Source of the DNA: a virus
Lineage: Duplodnaviria > Caudoviricetes
Direction: 5' to 3' (one strand)
DNA: 54,293 nt
Virus record (IMG/VR): IMGVR_UViG_3300009164_000100
Location: 1-54,293 of that record
This document shows, in pieces, positions 25,807 to 35,226 of this stretch. Every line of letters begins with the position of its first letter. Positions within the stretch are counted from its first letter, which is position 1. The notes under the pieces were generated by a model. That model did no database searches, had not been told where the DNA came from, and saw nothing but the letters and a program-made list of their open reading frames with translations. A program made the translations under genes and the position numbers.

Positions 25807-26655
25807 CTATCCGCCCTTTGCATAGGGCGCAAGTTTATCCTGCACCTTATCGTCATACCTGCTCGTTTCGTTTGATGCAACCTTTTTGTAGAGCGGAAGA
25901 TCGAACCCGATTTCCTTCCCGGTCTGAACATACTCGATAAAGGCCTTCTGAAGATCGTCGTAGGCAGTTGCCATCTCCGCAAGCGCGGGTCGCCAATGCG
26001 GAAGCACAGGCCCGCCGTAGCCGAACTCCGCACGCAACACCGAATACCCAATGTCGTCTATCACGCTCACGCTGTCGGACGGCTTGGTGTTGGTCCTCAC
26101 CGCATTCTCCCTCAGACCTGCTTCCTTCAAGTCGAACTCGATCCTTCGTCGGTTCACCATAATCCGGTCATGCAAGTCCTGTTCTTCCTTCTCCGTGATC
26201 GTTCGCGCAATCACTTGCGCGTCTGCTTTGCTTGGCATCGTTGGCACCATGTATGGAGGCCACGGCTGATACTTCGCCAATGCACGAACCCACTTTGGAC
26301 TCTTCTCATGCGGCTTGAATAGGAGTGCTGTCTTTCGGCCCTCCGTTGCAATGTTCAACTTGCGGGGCTTGTTCTTGTAGAGCAAGGCAATCCCAACCTC
26401 GTCGCCCATGCCCTCCACAAGCACGACTTCCAAGTCCTCTGCGTAGTAGCCCACTCCGGGCAGACTAGGCGCACGTGCCTTCACGCCTTCCTGCAAGATC
26501 TTGGCCGCTCCGAGCAGAAACAACTCCATGCCACGCTTGATCCGCTCCGGCATTTCGGAAGCAATCTCGTTCGCTGTCTTTATCGCATCTTCGGTCAGAT
26601 AGATCGCAGGCATACCGCCGCCCACCACGGGCTGTCGATACTTGAAACTACCCAT
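25807..26655 (-). CDS. Hypothetical morphogenesis-region protein
   Basis: Long ORF within the neck cluster; EFGYG...PHWRPA. Confidence 0.75.
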   Translation of the reverse strand: MGSFKYRQPVVGGGMPAIYLTEDAIKTANEIASEMPERIKRGMELFLLGAAKILQEGVKARAPSLPGVGYYAEDLEVVLVEGMGDEVGIALLYKNKPRKLNIATEGRKTALLFKPHEKSPKWVRALAKYQPWPPYMVPTMPSKADAQVIARTITEKEEQDLHDRIMVNRRRIEFDLKEAGLRENAVRTNTKPSDSVSVIDDIGYSVLRAEFGYGGPVLPHWRPALAEMATAYDDLQKAFIEYVQTGKEIGFDLPLYKKVASNETSRYDDKVQDKLAPYAKGG

Positions 26656-27007
26656 GCTTTAGATCGGGCTTCTCGCCCGTCACAAAGCGCGGAGCCTCGC
26701 CTTCAGGGGAGTATTGCATTAGCACTTCTAGCCCCTTCTCCGATGCGCCGACCATGAGGCTATCGGGGGTAGTCACGGCCACGGTCGAAGGCTCCCCTGT
26801 GGCGAAGCAGAAGGCTAGTAGGTTGCCCTTCAGCGGCCCCTCATACTGCGGGAAGCCCCTGCCCCCTAGAGGCCCACTACAAGGGGTCTTATCATAGACT
26901 GCCTTGCAGCCGTCCATGCCCCGCTCCGCCCCCCACCAAAACTTCTCGCAGGTGGAACACACGAACGATACGCCGTTCGCCATAGCGAGAGCGGGGTTCC
27001 TACGCAT
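26648..27007 (-). CDS. Cys-containing hypothetical protein
   Basis: TAATG coupling; CSTC plus further Cys. Confidence 0.65.
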   Translation of the reverse strand: MRRNPALAMANGVSFVCSTCEKFWWGAERGMDGCKAVYDKTPCSGPLGGRGFPQYEGPLKGNLLAFCFATGEPSTVAVTTPDSLMVGASEKGLEVLMQYSPEGEAPRFVTGEKPDLKHG

Positions 27008-27204
27008 TAGGCGTTGCGCTGCCACCGCGCAGCACGCTCGGCCTCTGCCGCTTCGAGGATTGCCACGGCCTGCTTGTAGTCGGCCACCGCACGCTCAAGC
27101 GTTTCAATCAACTTGCGGTCGATCATGAAGCAGTCAACCTTGTTCATCGCATCTTCCAACCGAGCGCGACCACTCTCCAACACATTCCCGTAAACCTTGT
27201 TCAT
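27007..27204 (-). CDS. Hypothetical protein
   Basis: AGGAG RBS; promoter TTGACG-N16-TAGAAT at 27256-27283. Confidence 0.65.
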   Translation of the reverse strand: MNKVYGNVLESGRARLEDAMNKVDCFMIDRKLIETLERAVADYKQAVAILEAAEAERAARWQRNA

Positions 27205-27289
27205 TGCCGTTCTCCTATGCTTGGACAGGACCTATTCCTGCCCTTCAATGCGAGCATTCTAGCAGACTATCACACGCCGTCAAGTACCT

Positions 27290-28066
27290 TTAGATCTTCT
27301 CGTCAAAGTCCGACTGCGCAATCCCGTCCAAGATCTGATCGATAATCCGGTCAAGCACATCGTTCACATCTTCCGCTTCCTCATAGAACGAGGAAGGGAG
27401 CAGACCGTGAGAAGTGCCAAAGACCTTCTCGGTTATGTCTCGGAGCGGCTTATCAATCGCTACGCCCACTACCTCGTCCACAGGCGAAGCCAACGCACCA
27501 ATGGCCTTCAGAACGCCACCCTGAAACAGATGCGCTACCGTTGCTCCAATCAATGCCACCTTCACAAGATCAACTGCTTGGTTGATCGCCCGGTCACGGT
27601 CAGCCTTGTAAACCTTCTCTCCGCGCAAAGCCTTTCCAATCGTCTCCTTGAGGTGCTTCGTCTCTTTGACCTCCTTGCGAACTGCACCTTTGAGATACTT
27701 TCCAAACTTCTTCCGTGCGGCCGGGTTCGTTATCAAGTCCTTTGCAGCCACGAACGGGTGCGCCAACTGATGACCTACATTCTTGGCCATTGAACGGAAC
27801 TTATCCTTCCAATCCACCTTGGACTTCTCCACTTCCGCCGCCGCCTTTTCAGCCTTTGCTGCGGGCGTGCGCTCATGCTCTGCCGCCGCGTTTTGCTGCG
27901 CACGCTTCATGTTCCAAAGGTGCGTTGCTTGCGGATTTCCACTCACAGCCTGCTGCTTCTTGTTCAGACCAATCATGTTCTGACCGACACGAATACGGCG
28001 AACAACCTCGGTGTCCTTGTATTCGACCAACGCAACAAGATCTTCCGCTAGTTTAGATAGGCTCAT
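27290..28066 (-). CDS. Hypothetical protein (possible internal head protein)
   Basis: Basic helical protein with a hydrophobic segment; N-terminal ...LVALVE. Confidence 0.75.
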   Translation of the reverse strand: MSLSKLAEDLVALVEYKDTEVVRRIRVGQNMIGLNKKQQAVSGNPQATHLWNMKRAQQNAAAEHERTPAAKAEKAAAEVEKSKVDWKDKFRSMAKNVGHQLAHPFVAAKDLITNPAARKKFGKYLKGAVRKEVKETKHLKETIGKALRGEKVYKADRDRAINQAVDLVKVALIGATVAHLFQGGVLKAIGALASPVDEVVGVAIDKPLRDITEKVFGTSHGLLPSSFYEEAEDVNDVLDRIIDQILDGIAQSDFDEKI

Positions 28067-28074
28067 AGCACCAC

Positions 28075-28557
28075 TCACGGAATCAATCCGCCTTCTGAAA
28101 CAAACTTTCGGTTCGGATCGAACTTCTCACGACGCCTCAATAGCATCTTGTATCCGACCACATTCACGGTGTCTACAAAGTTGCCCCCGGAAGCCGCATT
28201 GACCACATCAAAATACTGCCCCATGCAGAACAGAACGTCGCCTTCCTTCGGGATTTTAGCACCAATGCGCTTCTCCCATTCGTTGTAGGCAAAGTAGGCT
28301 TCCGCATCGAACTCGATAACAAGACCTTCATCACGCACAGACGGATCCCGGTTGTCCATCTGCTGATAGGTGACTGCGCCTACGAGCGAATACTGCGTGA
28401 ACGACCAACTAGGTGCAGGCTCACTGTAAAGCGGATCTACATTCGCTCCGCGAGACAGCACATAGTAGTCAATCTGCTGACCAAACAGGTTGATCCGTTC
28501 CTCTTCGTAGAAACGGTAGAGGTTCAACTCACTAGCGTTTCCGCCGTAAAGTGCCAC
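28075..28557 (-). CDS. Neck / head-closure protein (T4 gp14-like)
   Basis: EERINLFGQQIDYY, VDPLYSE, PKEGDVL pattern. Confidence 0.8.
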   Translation of the reverse strand: MALYGGNASELNLYRFYEEERINLFGQQIDYYVLSRGANVDPLYSEPAPSWSFTQYSLVGAVTYQQMDNRDPSVRDEGLVIEFDAEAYFAYNEWEKRIGAKIPKEGDVLFCMGQYFDVVNAASGGNFVDTVNVVGYKMLLRRREKFDPNRKFVSEGGLIP

Positions 28558-28581
28558 GGATCAACCTGCTAGGTGCATTGT

Positions 28582-29604
28582 TTACTTGGCGCGAGTTGCG
28601 GCACCCTTGCGAGCAGCCCAAGCCGGAATCTGACCATCCCAACAACGGCGACCGAAGTTGGCACCCGACCCTGCCGTGCGCGAAGCCCGGCCACACGGCA
28701 ACTTGGTAGCGGCAAACTGCAAACGACCGTCCTTGGTACGCTTGTCACGCGCCTTCAAGCGAACCGCGTTGTAGTTGCTGCCAAGCGAAAGCGAACCCGA
28801 AGGCAACTGCTTGTCGCCCGCAAACTTGCCATCATCGGGAAGGTGCAGGACATTGCCCTTGTTGACCAACTCCTTGTTGGAAACACCGCCGTAGCGAGCC
28901 TTCTCACCCTTTGCCTCGGCCATAAGCCACTCAAACTGATCAACATCTTCTTCGACAATGTGATCGTAGATGCTCTCCAAGAACTCGTAGAAGATCTCAG
29001 GCTTCGTCTCGCGCACGTGAGGCGCAAGACGGACAGCATACTGACCAACACCATAGCGGCGATCCACGGTCGAGTCGTAAGTGACCTCGCCACGCTTCAA
29101 GCCCAACTCCTGCGCAACCCGGTAGGCGGCGAGAGCGGTGCTTCGATCATCAAAGAACACCGAAATTTCGGAGTCCGAGCGGTTCTGATCTTCTGCCAAA
29201 CGATTACGGATACCCATGATTTCTCTAGCCTCCTGCATAGACAAGTTACGCTTTTCAGCCGGGTCAAAGTAGGCCCGGTTGGTGTAGTCATAGTAAAGAA
29301 CATTACCCGTGTGGTAACGATAAGGGCCGCTCAAACCCGTCTTGCGCGGGTGGTTCACCTTATCAATCGGCACCACATACATCCCTGCGGCGTTGTAGTT
29401 CTCTTGGATTGTGTGGTGGTGGTGAGCCGCAACATCCTTCGCCCGGTCGTCAAACTCGGTCGAAATCTGCGTCGTGTAGTCGGCCATTGCCTTCGCACGG
29501 GCATCACGCACTCCGTCCAAGTGCTGCATCCAATCCTCATGCGCGTCAATGCCTTCAAGAAGGACATTGGTGCTTGAGATAAAGTCAAACATTGATCGCG
29601 CCAT
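28582..29604 (-). CDS. Hypothetical phage protein with GPYRYxxGxVLYYDxxxxxYFDP module
   Basis: AGGAG RBS; module recalled from T4-like phage hypotheticals; basic C-terminus. Confidence 0.75.
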   Translation of the reverse strand: MARSMFDFISSTNVLLEGIDAHEDWMQHLDGVRDARAKAMADYTTQISTEFDDRAKDVAAHHHHTIQENYNAAGMYVVPIDKVNHPRKTGLSGPYRYHTGNVLYYDYTNRAYFDPAEKRNLSMQEAREIMGIRNRLAEDQNRSDSEISVFFDDRSTALAAYRVAQELGLKRGEVTYDSTVDRRYGVGQYAVRLAPHVRETKPEIFYEFLESIYDHIVEEDVDQFEWLMAEAKGEKARYGGVSNKELVNKGNVLHLPDDGKFAGDKQLPSGSLSLGSNYNAVRLKARDKRTKDGRLQFAATKLPCGRASRTAGSGANFGRRCWDGQIPAWAARKGAATRAK

Positions 29605-29627
29605 CTTCAACTCCTGTTCAGCCAACG

Positions 29628-30371
29628 CTATCCCGTAAAGAAATTAGCAGGTGGGCGCAAGGACAAAATCTGATCCCTAACAGTATCACGAATCATGTCT
29701 GCATTGGCAAGAAGATCTGCACCATTGAGCGTGATCGATCCTGTTGCGCTCGGCCCGTCTGCATACTTGCTCCGAACATTGCCCAAGATCGTCATTGCTT
29801 CGGCCAACGCATACTTGCGAATCAACCGATACTCGTATGGCCGAACCTTCCCCAAATCCATCTCGTCCACCATGTAGACAACAAAGACATTCGTGCCAAT
29901 GTCGCCGCTCGTCGGGTAGATTCGCAACTTCTTTGCCTGCCAATCCCATTCCCAATCTCGGTCGGCAGACAGAATGCGCCGGGCTTGCTCAAGGTACTGC
30001 ATTGACTGAACAATAGCGGAGTAACCACCACCACTGTAACCGCCTCCGCCGTAGCCACCGCCTCCGCTGAAACTGTATGGGCTCAACTCCACGCCCGCCC
30101 AACTAAACTGATCGAACAGGCCCGCACGATGAATGTCAAAATGGCATTCGACCACCGAAAGGCAGTCCTCGGCAACATCAAACGCTCCGCCGTCCGGCTG
30201 AATCGTTAGCACCTTGTTCTTCATCTGACCGATAAGGCCCATGAACCACAAGTTTGCTTCCGAAATGGCATCATTATACTGATCGTCAGTCAACTCAACT
30301 GCCACCGTGGGCGCACCAAGATTTCGAGCGATAAACCCCTTGATCTCTGCTGCGCTTTGCGGTGTCGCCAT
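29628..30371 (-). CDS. Neck / head-tail adaptor (T4 gp13-like)
   Basis: LGAPTVAVELTDDQ, IRKYALAEAMTILGNVRSKY, ITLNGADL. Confidence 0.88.
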   Translation of the reverse strand: MATPQSAAEIKGFIARNLGAPTVAVELTDDQYNDAISEANLWFMGLIGQMKNKVLTIQPDGGAFDVAEDCLSVVECHFDIHRAGLFDQFSWAGVELSPYSFSGGGGYGGGGYSGGGYSAIVQSMQYLEQARRILSADRDWEWDWQAKKLRIYPTSGDIGTNVFVVYMVDEMDLGKVRPYEYRLIRKYALAEAMTILGNVRSKYADGPSATGSITLNGADLLANADMIRDTVRDQILSLRPPANFFTG

Positions 30372-30373
30372 GC

Positions 30374-31117
30374 TTACTTCCCTTCCAAGACAGGCTTGAT
30401 TGCTTCCTGCAACTTGACGATCCGACCATACACTTCGGTATCCTTCACGCCAACTGCCTTGAACGCACGCATAGCAGCCTCGGAGATAGCAGACAACACC
30501 CGGTCACGGGCATCCTCGTCCAACTCTGAAACGCCCTTCAGACGCTTCTGCAAGTCCTTTGGAAGCGAGTTCACATCGACCTTCGCAGACGCAGTTCGGT
30601 CATCCTTCCGAACCTCCTTCTGCTTTGGTGCAGGCTTCTCGTCTGCCTCTTCAATCTTCCACTCCCAATCCTGTTCCATCATCCCCGCTTTCATCACGGA
30701 CTTGTGATAGCGCGTGCCGTCCGGGTAGACGATCCAATCGCCGTCCACACGATGCAACTTGGGAAGTGCATTCGATTGCGCGGATTCTGACACAGCATCA
30801 GAAACAGGAGGGGCTTCCATTTCAGGGTCGAGTAGAACCGGCACCTCCGCAGCATCGGGGTCGCCAATCTCACTGTCCTCGGGCGGATCAGTAGGCAAGA
30901 ACAGATACAGATCCGCATCATAGATACGGTCGGAGATAGCCTGCGAACCCCCGTGTTCCAAGTCGTACTCGCGCACTTGGACAGCACCATAAGGAAACAC
31001 CTTCATCACCTTTCCTTTGGAGACGAACGTTCCCATGCGCGTGACAACGGCAACAGGCTCACCCAAACCTAGAGCCTCATAAGGGATCGCAGCATCAAGG
31101 GCTTCTTCGTGCAACAT
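30374..31117 (-). CDS. Hypothetical protein
   Basis: GGGAG RBS before MLHEE; tight packing with neighbours. Confidence 0.7.
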   Translation of the reverse strand: MLHEEALDAAIPYEALGLGEPVAVVTRMGTFVSKGKVMKVFPYGAVQVREYDLEHGGSQAISDRIYDADLYLFLPTDPPEDSEIGDPDAAEVPVLLDPEMEAPPVSDAVSESAQSNALPKLHRVDGDWIVYPDGTRYHKSVMKAGMMEQDWEWKIEEADEKPAPKQKEVRKDDRTASAKVDVNSLPKDLQKRLKGVSELDEDARDRVLSAISEAAMRAFKAVGVKDTEVYGRIVKLQEAIKPVLEGK

Positions 31118-31118
31118 C

Positions 31119-31676
31119 TTATTCTCCCGTCGAAAGAACCCGGAGCATCTCTGCCTTTGTCGTGTTGTTGTAGACCAAACCAACATTCAGACCACGCGAA
31201 ACGACCTCGGCCCACAGGTGCTTGCGGGTCATTGAAGTGACATCTGCTTCTGCAATCTCCGCTGCTTCCTCAACCAAATCCTCGATAGCCTGCGCCGATG
31301 CCACAGGCTCAGGTACAGGCTCGGATACAGGCTCAACCACAGGTGCAGCGGGAGCCGAGGCGGGAGCAGGAGTGGGTTCGGGTACAGTCTTTGGAACAGA
31401 CTTGGCAAACGCATTGCCCATTGCCTCGGCAAACGCCGCCATACGATCCTTTGGTGGTTCAACGACAACCTCCTTCTGTGCAATCGGTTGCACAAGCGGA
31501 GCGGAATCTTGCTCAACCGGGCCACCCTTGATCAAGCCACCTGAAACCCACGCAGACAAGTCATGCTCGGTTTCAATCCAATGAGAAGTCGGAACAAGCA
31601 CCATTTCGCCCGTTGCCAACTGAATAGGCCACACGCGCTTAGGATTACGATCATTCGAGATGTAACGGAACTTCAT
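31119..31676 (-). CDS. Hypothetical protein with Pro/Ala linker and C-terminal HeH/Rho-N-like motif
   Basis: SMTRKHLWAEVVSRGL...TTKAEMLRVL; directly downstream of the capsid gene. Confidence 0.7.
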   Translation of the reverse strand: MKFRYISNDRNPKRVWPIQLATGEMVLVPTSHWIETEHDLSAWVSGGLIKGGPVEQDSAPLVQPIAQKEVVVEPPKDRMAAFAEAMGNAFAKSVPKTVPEPTPAPASAPAAPVVEPVSEPVPEPVASAQAIEDLVEEAAEIAEADVTSMTRKHLWAEVVSRGLNVGLVYNNTTKAEMLRVLSTGE

Positions 31677-31689
31677 ACTTCAACTCCAC

Positions 31690-31726
31690 AAACAGAAAGG
31701 CCGAACCCCTTTCGAGGTCCGGCCCT
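31690..31726 (-). terminator. Rho-independent terminator after the major capsid gene
   Basis: GGCCGGACCTC-GAAA-GGGGTTCGGCC stem followed by TTTCTGTTT; a CTAATCC-TTCG-GGGTTAG hairpin precedes it at 31731-31748. Confidence 0.8.
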
Positions 31727-31756
31727 TGCTCTAACCCCGAAGGATTAGTCGGTCAA

Positions 31757-33358
31757 CTAGATACCGCCGACAGTGGGCATACCCTGTACCGTAATGGCAC
31801 CATAGTACTCCGGGCGGAGCATCTTCTTCGCGTAGCGAGTCCGCAGACCCTTACGGAAGGTGAAATCGTCGGGATCAAGGAAGGTGGGCGTGACCTGAAG
31901 CGGGATGTACGGAGCGTACACATAACCCGCGTCGAGGAACGACGAACCCTTGAGGCCAACGAGAACATTCGGAACCGAACCCGTCGAAGAGGGGTCAAGG
32001 AACGGATCCTGATAGACCGTAAACTTGTTCATGAGCGTACCAAGACGGCTCACGCCAAAGTTGGAGTTCATCGGGCCGTAGGAAGGCGCAACCATCGGGT
32101 CGAGCGCACGGTTGACGATCATAAACTCGCCTGCCGTGGTCAACTGCGCGAGCATTGCACCAACCGAAGGGCTGACGACAATGAAGTTGGCCGGGGAGCG
32201 AAGCGAAGCGCGGTGAATCTGCGCCGACACCGACTCGATGATCGTGAGCAGACCGCGAATGCTGTCGATTTCAGAGAACTGACCGCCGTTGCCCGCAGTA
32301 GGACGGGTAGGCCCGGTCTGAAAGTTGTAAGTCGCGCTAAACTTTGCGCCCGTGATGAGGTCGGTGATGATCTCACGGTCGAGTTCAAGCGAGATTTCGT
32401 TCGCCATACCCGCGACCAACTCCGTCTCGGCGTTGAGGCCGTGGAAGGCACGAAGGTCGTCAACAGCCTCGGCAGACCAACGAGCCTTCAACTTGCGAGT
32501 GATCGCCGTGACGGTGTTGAGCGTGATGTCGAGGTTGATGTCCGGGATCTGCGCGACCTGATCGGTGTTGGCGTAGAGCGAACCATTGACCGCAGGGGCC
32601 GTGGTGCCGCTGACCAACTCCGAGTTGTAGTAGTAGGTCGAGTAGATAACCGACGAAGCCGTGGGCGGGAACGGCGTGAGGTCAAGCGTGTATGCGCCCG
32701 TGGTGTAGTCCACGGTGCCGCTGCAACCTGCTGCCGAAACAGCAGGAACGAGAACGCCGCTACCGTTGTCGGTGAGGCTGCGAAGGACAGCACCGCTCGT
32801 CCAATAGAGCGTGAGGACATAGCCCTTGCTCGCGTTGAGCGGCGAGAGCGGAAGCCACTTGTAGGGAATACGGTCGGTCGCGTTGGTCGCGTCGTTGAAA
32901 AGAACCTTGATGCCGTCCGTGGCCGTGGTCGGAACCTTCACTTCGTAGTCAACAAACTCCGAAGAGTAGTACTTCTGAAAGTTCTCGATGAGGTTGGTTC
33001 CCCCGGTCGTCGTACCCTTCGTTGCACCATACTTGTATTCGTAGGTGAAGATACCGCCAACGGCAGAGGTCATCGGCTGAACCGAGACAATCTGATTGGC
33101 GATAAGGTTGGGGAACACCCGGCGAAGGATGGGGAAGATGTATTTCGTGAAGGAACCAACGCCCGTCGAAAGCGTCTCCTCGTTCAGAGAACGCAGGTGC
33201 GTCATCTGATTCTCAAGGAGGATCGCAAGAACGCCACGGTTCCACGGATCGTCTACTCCCTCAAGGAGCGGCGACCACTTGGACGCAACCTTCTGAACGA
33301 AACCCGCATCTGCTGCGGTGCCACCACTCTGCTCTGCCAATAGCCGACGACTTTCCAT
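31757..33358 (-). CDS. Major capsid protein (T4 gp23-like)
   Basis: KWSPLLEG, PILRRVFPNLIA, VQPMT, TRKLKARWS, EISLELDREII, YAPYIPL, GLRTRY. Confidence 0.97.
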   Translation of the reverse strand: MESRRLLAEQSGGTAADAGFVQKVASKWSPLLEGVDDPWNRGVLAILLENQMTHLRSLNEETLSTGVGSFTKYIFPILRRVFPNLIANQIVSVQPMTSAVGGIFTYEYKYGATKGTTTGGTNLIENFQKYYSSEFVDYEVKVPTTATDGIKVLFNDATNATDRIPYKWLPLSPLNASKGYVLTLYWTSGAVLRSLTDNGSGVLVPAVSAAGCSGTVDYTTGAYTLDLTPFPPTASSVIYSTYYYNSELVSGTTAPAVNGSLYANTDQVAQIPDINLDITLNTVTAITRKLKARWSAEAVDDLRAFHGLNAETELVAGMANEISLELDREIITDLITGAKFSATYNFQTGPTRPTAGNGGQFSEIDSIRGLLTIIESVSAQIHRASLRSPANFIVVSPSVGAMLAQLTTAGEFMIVNRALDPMVAPSYGPMNSNFGVSRLGTLMNKFTVYQDPFLDPSSTGSVPNVLVGLKGSSFLDAGYVYAPYIPLQVTPTFLDPDDFTFRKGLRTRYAKKMLRPEYYGAITVQGMPTVGGI

Positions 33359-33361
33359 TAT

Positions 33362-35023
33362 TTACCTCGCTCGCTTGATGCCTGAAAGTTCAAGAAACTG
33401 TGCGTTTGTTACGCCACCCAACATTGGGTCACGCAAGATGTTTGGTGCAACTTCTTCCGTCATTGCTCCCGTGCTTACTCGGCCACGCTTCAACTTCCTA
33501 ACCGCTTCCGAAAGGTCACGGTCACTAATGTCGTTCGTTCCGCTTTCGTCGATAATAGCATCAACGGCATCCTTGTCGTCAATACTTTCAATCATCTTCA
33601 TCAAACGGCTTGCGTTCGTCATGCCGGAAGTCTTGCGAGCCTTGTAAGCGGTCATGTCAGACGACTTTGCCTCTGCATCCTTGCTCTCGGCCAAAGACCG
33701 ATACTGCTTGGCAGTTTCAAGGGCTTCGGACACAGCCGACTTTGCCTCGTCCAACTCCGACTTGTGCTTCTGCACCAAAGCATCAATCTTGCTCTCAAAG
33801 CGTTCCTGCGCCTCTTCGTCGGCAGTCTCAAACGCTTCAATCTGTTCGGACGCTTCCTCGAAAGAAGCCTCCAACTCTGCAATCCGATTGCGCAGCGTCT
33901 CAACCTCGGAGGCGTGGTCCTCGTTCACGCGCTGCTGCCGCTCGGATACGATCTCGTCGTACTCCCCGGCAATGTCCTCCAATCGGGCCTGCAAAGCATC
34001 CCGACTGCTAAACGCGCTAATGTCGCCAAGCACCTTGCGGATACGCTCACCCATAGGATGCCCGCCAATCCGCTGCTCGACCACAAGTGCGTAGGACGCT
34101 CGACGCGCAATGTCCGTGGCCTTGTCCAAACTCTCTTTCATCGAGGCAATCTGCAAGTCGCGCTCGCGCACAGCATCACGAAGCGCAACCTCGTCGCCGC
34201 TGCCCGAACCGCTGAAGGTGCCAATAAGAGAAGCAATCTTCCCAAGCACCGCACGCGCTCCGCCAATCTCCGGGTCGGAACTAAACTCTTCCCGCAAACC
34301 TTCGGTCACACTCTCGCGCACGCTCACGATAGCCCCGGCCAACTGCTTCTCAAAGGCTTCGCGCATCTCGCTGCGAACCTTCTCTTCGTTGGCGGAAATC
34401 ATCGCGCCAACGGCAGCCTCGGCATCACGCTTTGCAGCCTCCCGCTCACGCGAACGAAGGTCCTCTGCCAATTCAGGGAACTCGGCAAGGAAGTCCTGCT
34501 CCGCATCAATCTCGACATCTTCCGCGAAGATCTGCGGGTAGGCAGTTTTCATGGCAGGGTCGGCAACGAAGTCGAACGAACGCAGAACGAAGTCCTCGCC
34601 AACCATAGATGAACCGTCAGGCATAGCACGGGTCGAACCGAAGCCCCGGCTAGATACGCCAACCTCTGCACCACTATCAAGGATAGCCTTGAGAGTGCGT
34701 CCGTTCGGAGTATCCAAGATCTCGGCTTCGCCAATGACAACGCCGTTCTTGTCCACAGTCAACTTTGTGATCAAGTGACTGACTCGGCTCAACTTCGTCT
34801 TGCCATCGTCCGGGTGATCCAACTCACCGAAAGCGCGGCGCGAACCAACGCTTTCCTGCAACTTCTTGATCTCCCGCTCGTACACGCCACGCGGATAGGT
34901 GCGCCCGTTCTGCGTGGGAACATCACAACGCGCAAACTCGCCACGCGCAACCGTCTTGCCGCCTTCGCTCTCTTGAAGCGAAAGTTTGATTGGTGCTGCG
35001 TCAATAAGTAGTTGCTTGCTCAT
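33362..35023 (-). CDS. Prohead protease (T4 gp21-like) fused to coiled-coil scaffold (gp22-like)
   Basis: NGRTYP, GELDHP, VSHLI, ILDTPNG, GVSSRGFGS, FDFVADP, then ~380 aa acidic coiled coil. Confidence 0.93.
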   Translation of the reverse strand: MSKQLLIDAAPIKLSLQESEGGKTVARGEFARCDVPTQNGRTYPRGVYEREIKKLQESVGSRRAFGELDHPDDGKTKLSRVSHLITKLTVDKNGVVIGEAEILDTPNGRTLKAILDSGAEVGVSSRGFGSTRAMPDGSSMVGEDFVLRSFDFVADPAMKTAYPQIFAEDVEIDAEQDFLAEFPELAEDLRSREREAAKRDAEAAVGAMISANEEKVRSEMREAFEKQLAGAIVSVRESVTEGLREEFSSDPEIGGARAVLGKIASLIGTFSGSGSGDEVALRDAVRERDLQIASMKESLDKATDIARRASYALVVEQRIGGHPMGERIRKVLGDISAFSSRDALQARLEDIAGEYDEIVSERQQRVNEDHASEVETLRNRIAELEASFEEASEQIEAFETADEEAQERFESKIDALVQKHKSELDEAKSAVSEALETAKQYRSLAESKDAEAKSSDMTAYKARKTSGMTNASRLMKMIESIDDKDAVDAIIDESGTNDISDRDLSEAVRKLKRGRVSTGAMTEEVAPNILRDPMLGGVTNAQFLELSGIKRAR

Positions 35024-35226
35024 GCGATCTTCCAATCCTTGAACTTGAACGGTGTCCGGTCAATGCCGATGCCCAACTCTGCTCTGCGACGAAACTTCGG
35101 GTCTACCTTCCGATCCGTCTTTTTTCCGCTCAACCTAACATCAGCCCTAAAGCCTTCCATGCCTGCCACCTCACGCCGACCACTTGAATAAGCGGTTCGA
35201 CGCTTCCGCTTGGCCTCTACTAGCCG
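35020..35226 (-). CDS. Basic peptide: -1 frameshift extension of the core gene, or a separate 46-aa gene from ATG 35160
   Basis: Open -1 frame RLVEAKRKRRTAYSSGRREVAGMEGFRADV...FKFKDWKIA*; TGA overlaps the protease ATG (ATGA). Confidence 0.6.
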   Translation of the reverse strand, partial: RLVEAKRKRRTAYSSGRREVAGMEGFRADVRLSGKKTDRKVDPKFRRRAELGIGIDRTPFKFKDWKIA

